The notes under the pieces are model-generated. The model was not told where the DNA came from. It searched no databases and saw nothing but the letters and a program-made list of their open reading frames with translations. A stretch of 56,934 nucleotides of DNA from the NCBI GenBank assembly GCA_028722515.1, contig JAQYGS010000007.1, positions 1 to 56,934 of the forward strand, in the 5' to 3' direction. This document shows, one piece after another, positions 56,778-56,934 of the stretch. The number at the start of each line of letters is the position of its first letter. The stretch's first letter is position 1. Source of the DNA: Clostridia bacterium. GTDB lineage: Bacteria; Bacillota; Clostridia; Lachnospirales; Lachnospiraceae. Both the position numbers and the translations under genes were made by a program.

Positions 56778-56934
56778 GCTGTCGTAAGACAGAAAACCTT
56801 GATAACTGAACAGTGAAACACATACGATTCTCGAAAATTCTAAACATTCAAGAACGGTTGAAGAAACCAAAAACAGTAAAGACGAGAGATAACTAAGCTG
56901 GTTGGTTGTCTTGAGTGCATCAAACATTTAATCA
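56778..56934 (+). other. Probable 16S rRNA leader; the 16S gene should begin just past the window end
   Basis: Follows tandem promoters; contains 'ACCTTGATAACTGAACAG' (boxA/processing-stem-like); ends '...CATTTAATCA', which fits the bases preceding GAGAGTTTGATC. No rRNA sequence is visible in the window. Confidence 0.7.

Noticed and set aside
56611-56927. Minus-strand ORFs at the right edge
   Set aside because: They overlap the tandem rRNA promoters and leader and are not protein-like.

Overview
Core chromosomal window from a low-GC, spore-forming Firmicute; gene content and style point to Lachnospiraceae, Blautia-like (inference). Most genes are on the + strand, and the window carries a set that is origin-proximal in Bacillus and Clostridia (prs, spoVG, tRNA-deaminase tadA, SRP RNA, dnaX-ybaB-recR, yyaC, rRNA promoters). 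In order: the end of a sugar ABC / GH31 alpha-xylosidase operon; an 11-gene monoderm Tad/Flp pilus locus (two prepilin peptidases, CpaE-like, CpaF, TadB, TadC, Flp pilin, three pseudopilins, a DUF6382-FHA protein) followed by a rhomboid protease; an orphan sensor-less histidine kinase; HIT; an ECF sigma factor; murG; a beta-CASP nuclease; mtnN; galT; a secreted repeat/SGNH protein; asnS; an SbcD/SbcC-like pair; dnaD-dnaC-like-prs; murC; glgCD-spoVG; a 3D-domain autolysin; tRNA-Pro; MATE; ffs; pfk; dnaX-ybaB-recR; LacI-fsa-tkt; sporulation genes; and tandem rRNA promoters at the right edge. No CRISPR array, prophage or transposase was seen. The most notable unexplained structures are: (1) a cluster of about 13 DnaA boxes, with a Spo0A box, upstream of dnaD and with no dnaA nearby; (2) a 76-bp MITE with perfect 14-bp TIRs and a 7-bp target-site duplication; (3) the Tad locus, which has a Cys/His-repeat pseudopilin, a pseudokinase-FHA protein and a structured leader RNA; (4) a WalR-type box before the autolysin; (5) an ECF sigma and a possible anti-sigma remnant separated by murG.
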